A stretch of DNA of 59,231 bases, the filler included, from Catajapyx aquilonaris (taxonomy: Eukaryota), in assembly GCA_000934665.2 (NCBI GenBank). It is 2 parts of 2 records of this genome, joined end to end, with 100 filler letters (N's around TTAATTAATTAA, not from the genome) between each part and the next. Parts side by side here need not be neighbours in the genome. Positions count along the whole stretch, not along the records: positions 1 to 29,565 come from JYFJ02004772.1; positions 29,666 to 59,231 come from KZ539215.1. One strand, 5' to 3'. Each line of letters opens with the position of its first letter. The first letter of the stretch is position 1. The notes below the pieces were generated by a model. The model made no database searches. It was given only the letters and a program-made list of their open reading frames with translations, and had not been told where the DNA came from. Shown piece after piece: positions 23,597 to 34,633 of this stretch. Both the position numbers and the translations under genes were made by a program.

Positions 23597-25136
23597 CCTA
23601 TATACAAAATAATTTAATAATATATTATATAGTAACAAAGAAAACAAACAAACAAACAAACAAACAGGATTACCTGAATCGGTACCGACACTTGGTTAAC
23701 TGATGGAAGTGTTATTAATCGAGTGGCTTATATTATGCAGAAAAAAACTGGTTTGTTCTGGGTTTTATTTGTTGTTAGATCGTATATAGGAAAAGGATGC
23801 GGTAAGGTAACGGATGTAACTTACTCACAGTTTGTAAACTATAATAATTGTCGTCAGTATCGTATGACCAATAGGCCGCAACCGCAATGTTTGATTTTTC
23901 CTATGGATTTGTCAGGTTATATCCGGCAATAATGGTTTCAATGCACTACTGTACTGACGCACTTTGATAGAATTGAGATAATTAATTTTATCTAGGAAAT
24001 AATCGTCGCATTGCATGTTCAGAAGATATTTGTCGCCAATCCGTATCTGCAATAATGTTACCTAGGACATTTTATTCTCTGGGACAACATACTGCGACAC
24101 TCACCTAAGGTTAACCGTCCCAAGGGAAACATATATTATGTGCTGCATAGAACGACCTTGCGTTTAATTCCAAGAATCAGATGATCAGTAATAATATTGT
24201 TTCCATCAGGAGACCCGCGTAATTGAATTGTGCAATATGTAATATGCACCGCAATATTGAGTCGTCTTTGAGCAAAAATCCGATGATGTGAATGCATTCA
24301 TCCATTACTCACGAAACATGTCGGGTAAGACACTCAATTCATTCGCATTTAAATAATGAACTTGAGGGGCCACAACCCTGAAGACACAATTAATTGCAAA
24401 AAAAATAAATCTACCACTGAATTTTAAAATATTTATATCTCATGGACTTTTACATAAATTGCTACACTTTGGCGTACAGTATTAAATTATTTTTAGCGAT
24501 GTTATTTATAAACAAATAAAAATGTGCCAACTCTGTTTATTTAGCAAGCAGTACCAGTGTTGGCACTGGCACTGCTAAGTTAGCAGTAACTAGCAGTGGG
24601 ACGAAAATCCCACCAATTGTTACGAGTCCTGAGTGGATCGAGTGATTTCACTCAAAACGAGTGATCATTTCGCTCAAATTGAGTGGAAAACGTTCGAAAT
24701 ATTTTAGAGTGAACACTCATTATAAGTCAAATTGCTCTATCACTTGACTGGAATTTCTCATTCAAAATGAGTTGGTCATTTCACTCAAATTGAGTGGAAA
24801 ACGCTCGAAATATTTTAGAGTGAACACTCATTATGAGTGAAATTTCTCGATCACTTGACATTTTTCATTCAAAATAAGTTGGTCATTTTACTCAAATTGA
24901 GTCGATTTACTGCTTAAATTGAGTGGAATGGCCACTCATTTTGAGTGGAAATTTTATTGGTGGGCTCGCTGCCGAATTTTTGTTACTGCGTCCCATTTAA
25001 GGAAAAACACATATTCCCATCATTTTTGGCACCATTTATTAAGTGTACTTAATGTTACAGCACACATATTTTTTGGGGGGATATGTATCCAATAATAAGT
25101 GTTGACATAATTTGCGTGTGTACCTTAGTATAATGA

Positions 25137-25320
25137 TTACTCCATTTTAGCAAATGAGCCCATTTCGAGCGCGAATCCGTTGCTGGATTGCGGTTCAAAC
25201 GCGGCCAGAATCTCCTGGAAGGTGACGGTGTCCACGTTGTTTCCCGTCATGGTCATCACGTAGAAATCGCTGAGTCTGAGGTGGTTGACCAGCTGGTCAA
25301 AGTTGAGTATGTTGTTGTAC
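25137..25320 (-). pseudogene. Truncated duplicate of the innexin A 3' end
   Basis: Near-identical to 19209-19392, together with its 3' flank and repeat array (24640-25136 vs 18495-19208). Homology stops abruptly where a repeat element begins at 25320. Confidence 0.9.
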
Positions 25321-27574
25321 TCTGTAAAATATTTTGAGTGAAAAATCGCTCAAAAATTGAGCAATTATGTTAATTACTCGATTTGAGTAGTTTATTTTCA
25401 AGGGGAATGTGAGTACTACCCACTCAAATGCATTCACATTTAACTCAACGGTCGAGTGAATTATCCGGGATTATCACTCAAATTTTTTTGCACTCCTTTA
25501 GAGTTCTTTTCCATTCAATTAGAGTTTGGCCGCGTCAATGATACGTGCAAGAGGGTTAGGGTGCCGCAGTTGCTATAATTACATCCATTTTTGTTCCATT
25601 GTTTGTGTGACAAAATATGTACACATGTGTACTGCTTGGGAGAGTGTGTTAGTTGTAGTGTTAGCAAGGGAGGTACTGAGCAGCACAAATTCTAGGAAAA
25701 CGTAAGCACTATTCGGCATTATCAGAGATCCGCCATGTTTAGTCCGAGTCGGAGGTGGACAGTGTTGCGTCATTCTCGACCACTGCCCCTGTTGGCTATT
25801 GCGGACTATTGCATCATCCACCATATTTCGTGATCCGGCCTGCAATCACTTACACCATGGAAGAGCTTGGAGTAGCAGGGTTGAGGTGCTACAGTCTCGA
25901 GCCGGACCGGGATATCCCGAAAGAAGTGTTGCAAAAACTAGCAGGTGAGTTGTATGAATTTGAAGTGATGTTGGTAATGGGCATTATCATATATAGGGCA
26001 GATTGCACGCCAGCTTGGACACTTTTGACCGCTTTCGACGGCCCATATTATTGACCCTAATATAGACCTGGTGTAACTCAAAACTGTGATTTTGACAAAC
26101 CACCCTCCAAATGAACAACTGTAAAAAAAAAAGTGAGACAATGCTTTTTAAAACGTGAATTAGGTAGAAAAAAAGGGGCAAAACTGTGATGTTGACACAT
26201 CCTCAAATTGAACAGCTGTAAAAAATGTTAGGCAATGATAATAAACTTCTTGTGTGAATTAGGGGTCTCAATCACTTCCGGACCACTGTGCCCCACCTAT
26301 CGGGGTACAGTGGACCATTTGCAGGGGGTCGCTTCTAAATTTTTTTTAAAGCCAAAAGGATGGCACTGCCTGTGAATATAGTAGGGACTTATATTACCAA
26401 GGAGTATCTCCACCATGCCTGAAAATATGGGGTGTGTAGGTATAACAGGTAGGTATATAAAAATTCAAATGTGCAAAAGTGGTCTCCCCTACTACGTATT
26501 GTGGGATTTATGATATGGAAATGAGGCCCAGGGCTACCCATGAATAGTTATTTGGTTGCATAAAATAATGATCTGAACATTTAATAAGTCTTGAATAATA
26601 AGTGTTTAATAAGGATGTTCCCACTTCCATTCATTTATGATCCAGTTGGGTATTGTCACATTTATGTTACTTATAATTTGATTCCTTTTTTAAAATTATC
26701 TTGAACAGTACTATTGTGGTCTTTGATAGGGAAAGGAGCCCCAGGGCTACTCATGAACATCAGTTATTTGGTTGTATAAATAATGTGAACATTTAAGTAT
26801 TATTGTCACATTTATGTTACCGGTACTTATAATTTGATTAATTGTTTTGACTTCCTTGAACAGTACTATTGTGGTCTTTGATATATGGAAGACCACAATG
26901 TAGTACTCCTCAAGAAAGTAAAAAAAATTTAATCCAATAATTATAAAATCCATGTTTTTGACTTTCTTGAACAATACTATTGTGGTCTTTGATACGGAAA
27001 GGAGCCCCAGGGCTCATGAAGAGTTATTTGGTTGTATAAATGTAAATAATATGAATATTTAATAAATGGTATTTGTCTATTTATGTGTTGTATTTAATTG
27101 CTGCTAAGAATTCATACAGCACATTTTATAGTGTTGTATATATGGCAAGACTGCTGCAGTATTGCTATTTTTGATGAACGTGGCCCATTTTCGAGTTAAA
27201 CAATTATAAGCGCTATGATGGAGAAAATAACATGTTTATCTTAATGAACCTTTCGTAGTGATACTGCAACAATTCTTAGTATTGTAGGAAAAAGGTCAGG
27301 GGTAGGATCGCACAAAATTCGAGTGAAGGTAAATCACTCAAATTTGAGGTCTTGAGAATACTCAAATTGAGAAGAATTTATACTCAAATTGAGAAGAATT
27401 TATACTCAAATGGAGTCACATAGTGCTCAAACTGATTCAGGTAATGCTCACATTTTGAGCGACATAAAAGTGCTCAAGTAAACGACTCAAATTGATTGCT
27501 TCCAATTTTAAGGTGAAGGTTGAGTGAAAAATCGCTCAAATGGGGCTAAAAACCACTCAAAGAAATTTACAGAG
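25320..27574. mobile_element. ~2.25-kb TIR element with CACTCAA subterminal repeats
   Basis: Left end ctctgtaaaatattttgagtg matches the reverse complement of right end cactcaaagaaatttacagag. ctcaaa/ttgag repeats cluster near both ends. No transposase ORF was recognised. Confidence 0.6.
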
Positions 27575-28265
27575 ACGATGGGGCTTTGGTCAATATCTCG
27601 TCAACGGTGCAATATATCGCAAAGATAACGACATTTCACCCCCAAAAGGCCACAACTTTTCATGTTTAGGCCGGGTAAGTGTACTCGCACACCAAAAACC
27701 GAAAAACCGGAAGTTGCGTCACTTACGCCCCTGGCGGAGCCGTAGGATATTAACCCACATGACTCAGATTTTTTACCTGTCAAAAGAATCGCCCAACACA
27801 ACTTTTTTTCACTAGCGAACTACAACTTTCGAAAAAAGGTGTTTTTCGAGCCGCCCTAATGTGCATATATAGAACGACCTTGCGATTAATTCCAAGAATC
27901 AGATGATATTAACGCTGTGGGCCTTTTACTCTACCCCCTTCGTATACTACACTTGACCTCCTTCCAGCTCAGCTCGGGAAAACGCTGGAGATCTGAGCTT
28001 TACAAAATAGAATGGCATGGGCCCAGGGACCATAGAAAAAATAGTCATAATTTTGTGACAAAAGGTTCTAGAGATATAGCACCTCAAAAAAGGCAATTTT
28101 TCTTCCAATAACAGGCTTTCGTACTGGTATGCTGAAAATGCTGTAATTTGCGGTATGGATCGCACACTGCATGTTAATGGAAACATTGTTTATTATTATT
28201 CAAAATTCATATACAGTGATTCATTCTTCGGTCGATATGATTTCGAAATACCATGCACTATTGTT

Positions 28266-28969
28266 TCATTTGGGCAGAGGTGTCATCTCCAACTCGTTGC
28301 CACCATACCCGGACAACGAAGTCAGCACCTCTTGGAAGCTGATGGTATCCATATTCTTTCCCAGTAAGTACAGGACCAGGAAGTCGTCGATTCGAGTACG
28401 ATGCGTCAGTTCCTGGTAGTCCAAAACGTCGTGGGACAGACCGGTACGGTACATCAGGTAGTACTCACGAATCGGTCTGACACTGCAGAGAAGTACGTAC
28501 CATACGAGGCTGAGAGCGGTCAGAACCATAAGCAAGATGAGCCAGCCGTACAAGAACGTGTACATGGTCTCGCAGAAATGACTTATCTTGACAAAACACG
28601 TGAAGCTGTGTAACTGGATCGTACCGCTGGGACCTAACTTTTGTACAGTGCACTTTATCGTGTCCGCAAAGACTAATGACTCTCCACTGTCCTCCTTGTC
28701 GTACATCCCTCCGAAGGTCACGAACTCACCGGACAGATAGAAGTTGATGAGAAAGAAGTTGGCCAAAGCGTTGAATAAGTTGAGTGCAGTGCATACCGCG
28801 TACGACACAAAGTACATCATGTGGTTTGACCGCGATTCTTGCAGGTACTTGGCCAGTCGATGCACACGTGTCTTCGCGTCTTTGTCCTGGTTGTACGACG
28901 TGACGATACTGCTGATTCTTCCGTTCTCCATAACTCCCCAGATGTAACGAGGTACGTAAAACAGGAAGC
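28266..28969 (-). CDS. Innexin B duplicate, exon 2 only (exon 1 not in this contig segment)
   Basis: Near-identical to 20756-21459 with an intact frame and splice acceptor, and a few substitutions (e.g. EPSVFADTVKCTVA vs ESLVFADTIKCTVQ). The upstream intron runs into (TA)n and the N spacer. Confidence 0.85.
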
Positions 28970-29527
28970 CTGGAAAAAATGCAGAAAAATAATAATATTT
29001 GTTGACAAATCAACATATTAGAAAAGGCAAAGCTTGTTGCTGGTTTGTTTGTCCAAGTTCGCCATGGCAACGTGTCGCCATGGCAACGGGCCGTGTGAAG
29101 AACGGGCTCCTCTGCGACTCTATACATTTTATAAAAGGCAAAGTTTGTTCGTCTGTTTATACAAGTTTCCCCATGGCAACAGGTATCCATAGCAACACGT
29201 TGCAGTGTGAAGGGCCCTTGTTGGTTTTTTTTTTTTGGTCCAAGTTTCGCCACGGCAACAGGTATTCGTGCCAACGTGTTGCCATGGACACAGGCCGTGT
29301 GAAAAACGGGCTCCTCTGCTATAGTCTACATAATTATATAAAAGTCAAAGTTTGTTGGTTTGTTTATCCAAGTTTCTCTATGGCAACACGTTGCCATGTG
29401 AAGAACTGGCTATATATAAAAGGCAAAGCCTGTTGGTCTTTCTGGCCAAGTTTCGCCATGGCAACAGGAACTCGTGGCAACGTGTTGCCATGGAGACGGG
29501 CTGTGTGAAAAACGGGCTCCTCTGCTA

Positions 29528-29565
<38 letters not shown>

Positions 29566-29665
29566 NNNNNNNNNNNNNNNNNNNNNNNNNNNNNNNNNNN
29601 NNNNNNNNNTTAATTAATTAANNNNNNNNNNNNNNNNNNNNNNNNNNNNNNNNNNNNNNNNNNNN
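29566..29665. other. Artificial assembly spacer: 44 N + TTAATTAATTAA + 44 N
   Basis: Exactly 100 bp and symmetric. The central 12-mer (29610-29621) gives stops in all six frames, as used in contig-joining linkers. Confidence 0.9.
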
Positions 29666-29907
29666 TAATAATTGCGTACAATAGGCCCAGATCGAGTCAG
29701 CTTCATTATGTCTCATTACTCTCATATGCTGTAATAAGAACACCAGAAAGGTACTTCAAAAAATAATTTCATATAGTGTATTGTACATTAAATCTTGTTT
29801 GATGTTGTGTGAGCCTTATAATCATTATCCTGATATTCCGTTAGGCTTAAACCATTATTGACAGTGTGGCAATATTGCTATAGGACGAAATGTGAGTAGT
29901 ATTGTTT

Positions 29908-31771
29908 TCATGCCCCATTTTGGGGGCCTGTGGCGGTGTACCACATATTAAAGTACAAACAGCAAAATTCTATCATGAAAGCAACTAATGCAAATATGCT
30001 TCCAGTCAAAAGAATCAGGAAAGATCCTTCGACATGTTCCCAGGTGAACTGCACATTTTTTTGTATCTTCGCGAACATCTTCTCCCTGTGTTGATACCTG
30101 GATGCAAATAGCGACCTCTCATGTATCTTCATACTATTTCTTTTCCGATGTAACTCTAAACCGATGCTGTTGAATACATGCATCCATTTGTTACTGTTGT
30201 CGAATGTTGTCCTTTAGAACTATCACAGATATTTGCACAAGAGCAAGGGTGTCACTAGATATGAAGGTCTCCTCCCCGTGCATATAGGATTCATAGGCGA
30301 TATCCTCCAACAAAGTGTCGGATTCAAAGATCACAATGTCATCTGTCAAGAGATGGTCCTCGCAAGTCTGAACATCAGTTACGACTTGCAATCTTGAGAG
30401 GAAATCTGAGTCTGTATCTACTCCATATAGAAACATTTTTACCATTGCAGATGTTTCTATGGAGAAACTTGAATGAGTTAGTTCCTCAATATCTTTTGGT
30501 ATTTTTTCCACTGGAGGAAATATTAGGATATGAAAGAGCTTGCTTTTGTAGCAAGTGCAAAAAATTGTGCAAAAATAAATCCAGAATATCAGGAACATTC
30601 TGTACGATGACGAAGATGGATGGATGTTGTTCCAGAAGAAATCTCGCCAAATATTTGAAGTTGGCTGAAATGGAATTGAAGCGAGTAAGTGTACCGTGTC
30701 TTCTCTTAAACTTGGTAATGAGAGAGAGTAATGCAACTTCCAGCAAAAGTGATGCGATCAAAAAGCACCAAGTAGCAGTCGAGTAAGGCATCACTAAAAT
30801 TAACGGTGTGATCATTGGTCTTGGCTCACGTGCAATGAACGTGTACCTGTAACGACCGTGAGGTGGGGCACAATCAAACAGTTGGTATATCAGGTCCAAC
30901 ACGGGGGCTTTTGGTATGAAGGCCAATTTTCCAGATCGAAAATCTTCCATCAGTTCGAGGGCACTGCCAGTGTCGGAAAGGATGGAGTTGAAATCGACCT
31001 CAGTGATATTCCAATGGAAATTCATGGCTTTGCCCAAATAACACATATGAACATCGCGGTGGTACACGCTGCTGCATCTCTGGTCGCTCATTTCCCACAT
31101 GTAGACACCTTCCAGGTGTTTCCCATGTAAGTCATTTGCAGTGTCTCTGAACAAAGAGTCAGACACTGATTCCATCAGTGGTTCTCCATCGTCGCAGAAG
31201 AAGCACACCGAGTGTACCTTGAGAGCACCGTCTCCTCCTCTACTCAGCGACACCGCAGCGACACCTTGTACTTGAACTGCGAGGCCGGTTTGTCCAGCAT
31301 GAAATCCGGATGAGTCGAGTCCCGTATCCAGAACACGAACCGGTCCTTTGTCTTCCTCACTCCGAGAATCCCTTCGTCCGGGTCCAAAATCATGTCCATC
31401 ATGTCCTCGTAGGTGTCCTGGCATGTCACAACCATGTGCACCAGACACTTGGATGCGCGGTATGGCTCTCTGAACACGGCCGCATTGTCTCTTGATGTCG
31501 GTTGGCAATCCCAGGTGCTCTGAGAACTTGTCCTGATGACCAGGGGTCGTCCAGCAGAGGACATGCTGGACAGGAGTGTGTCCAGACTCTGAGGGATTGG
31601 TCCGTCCCAGTCGTGGGTCACCGCCAGTGGACACTCAATGTCCATGACGAGGTCATGTCCAAGAATATTGTTGACAAACTTAGGGATCTGATCGTCTGCA
31701 TCGGTTTGTTGTAATAAGGTCAGGAGACCCGATGTTATGTTGAGAAATGCAGAAACATCTGCTGGTAACAT
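29908..31771 (-). pseudogene. Divergent ionotropic receptor pseudogene (three frameshifts)
   Basis: Collinear with the two intact paralogs but split over four ORFs. There is an 11-bp tandem duplication (cagcgacacc-g-cagcgacacc, 31245-31265), a shift at ~30620 (catccatccatc) and a shift at ~30205. Confidence 0.9.
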
Positions 31772-32201
31772 AATGACTTCAAATGCTGATCTTTACAACC
31801 ACCACCCACACTTGCGGTATTAACCTCGACACTACGAGAATGTGTCACAAATACTGCGTTAGTACCATTTCGTATCGAATAATCGACGGTGTCGGCTACT
31901 GGTGGACGTGTGGGTGCATGCTTCTTTGTCATTACAGCTAACGTCGGTGTTTGTAACAAAGGGACTTCTGATGTCAACACCACCTTGGTTCTAGGAATTT
32001 ATATCCTTCACCAAAAACAACAAAAGAAATTCCACGTATGATATGTTTGTTGACAGGGTCTTTGAACATATTTGAGTCAGGCATATATATACCTGTATTC
32101 CATTAATGGTTCACCGTCGTTGCAGAAGAAATATATCGAATGTGACACAGTGGGCCATATCATTATTAAGTTACAGACATCAATAGCATAAAATGTGTCT
32201 G

Positions 32202-34082
32202 TCACTCTTTAGAGCGTGTCACACACGATTTGTTAAAATGCAACCGGCACAGTTCTATCAAGAAAGCAATCAACCCAACAATGCTTCCAGTCAAGAGAAT
32301 CAGGAAGGGACCTTCGACATGATCCCAGGTGAACGGGACATTTTCATCTTTCAGCAGATCCCAATTGTTGAGCTTTTTCGCCCACACATCAACCAACTTG
32401 AGTTGATGCTGGTGAATACTTCGCCTAAGATGATCCAGCCCAATGCTGTTGAAGACATGCGTCCAATGGTCGATGTTCTCTGCATAGATGCTGTCCTTCA
32501 GGACGATCAGTGAAGTATGTACGATGAGAGCTATGTCGGAGGACATGAAGGTCTCAGCATTGCGGAATAGTGTGGCGAAATAAGCGATATCTCTCAATAT
32601 GGCGTCAGACTCGAAGATTACGACGTCATCTGTCAGGATATCGTCGTAGTGCCTATCGATCCGGCCTGTCACAACAGTCAGTTTTGCCAAGAAATCGGCA
32701 TAAATATCTTGGAAATCTTTAACTGCCACGTCAATAAACATTTGTACTACTGGAGACGTTTCTATGGTGAAACTTGATTGAGTTAGTTCTTCAAAATTTT
32801 TGGGTATTTTTTCAACTGGAGGAAAAATCATGATGTTGAAGAGCTTGCTTTTGTAACACGTGCAAAATATTATACAGAAATACATCCAAAATGCTAGAAA
32901 TATTCTGTATGAAAAAGACGTGGGTGAGGGAGGGTATTGCTCGACAGTGTATCTCGCCATGTTCTTACAGATGCTTAGAACAGAATTAAATGGCGTGAAC
33001 ATCCCATGTCTCTTGTGAAACTTGGAAATAAAAGCGAAAATCCCAACTGCAAGCAAAAATGATGCGAAAAAGAATGACCATGATCCGGGGGTGTATGGCA
33101 AAGCTAAAATCAGAGTTGTTATCACAGGACGTGGCTTACGGGCAATGAAAGTGAATCTCAATATATCATGAGGAGTAGCGCAATCAAACAGTTGGTGTAT
33201 CAGTTCTACCAGGGGAACACTTGGTATGAAGGCCAATTTTTCGGACATAAAGTCTTCCATCAGTTCCAAGCTTTTGCTAGTATCGGAAAGAATCTCGTCG
33301 AAATTTACCTCTTGAATCCGCCAGTGGAAATTCATTGCCTTTCCCAAAAAGCATTCGTGGTAATGCCATTCCAAGATACTGCACAATGCGTCACTCATAC
33401 TCCACATGTAAACACCTTCCAGACGCTTCCCATGAAGGTCCTTTGCATAGTCTTTGAAGAAGGTGTCATCAGACACAGATTCGATCTGTGGTTCGCCTTG
33501 GTCGCAGAAGAAGCACACCGAGTGTGCCTTGAGAGCACCGTTGTCTCCTCCTGTGCTCACAGACACCTTGTACTTGAGCTGCGAGGCCGGTTTGTCCAGC
33601 ATGAAATCCGGATGAGTCGAGTCCCGTATCCAGAACACGAACCGGTCCTTTGTCTTCCTGACTCCGAGCATCCCTTCGTCCGGGTCCAAAATGATGTCCA
33701 TCATGTCCTCGTAGGTGTCCTGGCATGTCACAACCATGTGCACCAAACACTTGGATGCGCGGTATGGCTCTCTGAACACGGCCGCATTGTCTCTAGATGT
33801 CGGTTGGCAATCCCAGGTGCTCCGAGAACTTGTCCTGATGATTAAGGGTCGTCCAGCAGATGACATGTTGGACAGGAGTGTGTCCAGACTCTGAGGGATT
33901 GGTCCGTCCCAGTCGTGGGTGACTGCCAGTGGACACTCAATATCCATGACGAGGTCACTTTGGAGAATATTGTTGACAAACTGAGAGATCTGCTCATCTG
34001 TAGCGTGTTCAGGTGTCAAAGTAACTAGACCTGATGTGATGCTGGCAAGAGAGAAAACAGTCACTACGGTCATCAACACCAT
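32202..34082 (-). CDS. Divergent ionotropic receptor, intronless, 626 aa
   Basis: Signal peptide; VCFFC; FKDYAKDLHGKRL; FDCATPH..RFTFIARKPRP..LILALPYT (S1-M1); SYRIFLAFW..F.II..CYKSKL....FP...KIPKNFEEL; FTWDHVEGPFLILLTG....AFLIE (last TM). Confidence 0.88.
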   Translation of the reverse strand: MVLMTVVTVFSLASITSGLVTLTPEHATDEQISQFVNNILQSDLVMDIECPLAVTHDWDGPIPQSLDTLLSNMSSAGRPLIIRTSSRSTWDCQPTSRDNAAVFREPYRASKCLVHMVVTCQDTYEDMMDIILDPDEGMLGVRKTKDRFVFWIRDSTHPDFMLDKPASQLKYKVSVSTGGDNGALKAHSVCFFCDQGEPQIESVSDDTFFKDYAKDLHGKRLEGVYMWSMSDALCSILEWHYHECFLGKAMNFHWRIQEVNFDEILSDTSKSLELMEDFMSEKLAFIPSVPLVELIHQLFDCATPHDILRFTFIARKPRPVITTLILALPYTPGSWSFFFASFLLAVGIFAFISKFHKRHGMFTPFNSVLSICKNMARYTVEQYPPSPTSFSYRIFLAFWMYFCIIFCTCYKSKLFNIMIFPPVEKIPKNFEELTQSSFTIETSPVVQMFIDVAVKDFQDIYADFLAKLTVVTGRIDRHYDDILTDDVVIFESDAILRDIAYFATLFRNAETFMSSDIALIVHTSLIVLKDSIYAENIDHWTHVFNSIGLDHLRRSIHQHQLKLVDVWAKKLNNWDLLKDENVPFTWDHVEGPFLILLTGSIVGLIAFLIELCRLHFNKSCVTRSKE

Positions 34083-34633
34083 TTTGAATTGCTGTGTTGG
34101 ATCTCCTTCTGTTGCATTCTATCTCCCCTAAACCTTGAGGCAAAGTGTCACCTTGTGTCTCTTTCAAGCTGGCTATCGTATACAAGAGAATTGTTAATTA
34201 CGGCGGAGTTGGGGTCAACAATATTCTGTGCAAATATTTGCTGCTGGTTCATTCACTCTTATTGCCACAAACGATCAAAGAACTTTCTCACAAGGTCCCA
34301 TCGATTCTTGTCGACTTAGATAGGGAGTTCAAGGGTCGACCCCGCCAATAGACCCCGATTGTTGTCGACTGAATCCCTGAAAACGAGTAGCGACGATCAA
34401 AGTTTTCTTAGGATCTGTTGTGTGACGGGTGATAACAGACTGTGGATGTGTGTACTGTACGTGAACAATGCCAAAGGTCTCAGGTGTCAGGTATCAGAAT
34501 TTCAAAGGGAAATACTTTTCATAATGTGGAAAGCGACGAAGCTATAGCAGATGTGTTATCACAGGATATGTCAATATTTTTCTGAAGAAAAATAGTAAAG
34601 TGCAACAGGATTTTAATATTACAGATGCGTTTC

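Noticed and set aside
19209..29000. Viral origin of the innexins (vinnexin-like)
   Set aside because: The genes have spliceosomal introns and no viral genes are nearby; divergence alone is not evidence.
30486..31634. 382-aa ORF as an independent gene
   Set aside because: It is a chimera of an off-frame N-terminus and the middle of the frameshifted IR pseudogene.
33168..33845. 225-aa plus-strand ORF
   Set aside because: It is an antisense shadow of the IR coding sequence with no recognisable motifs.
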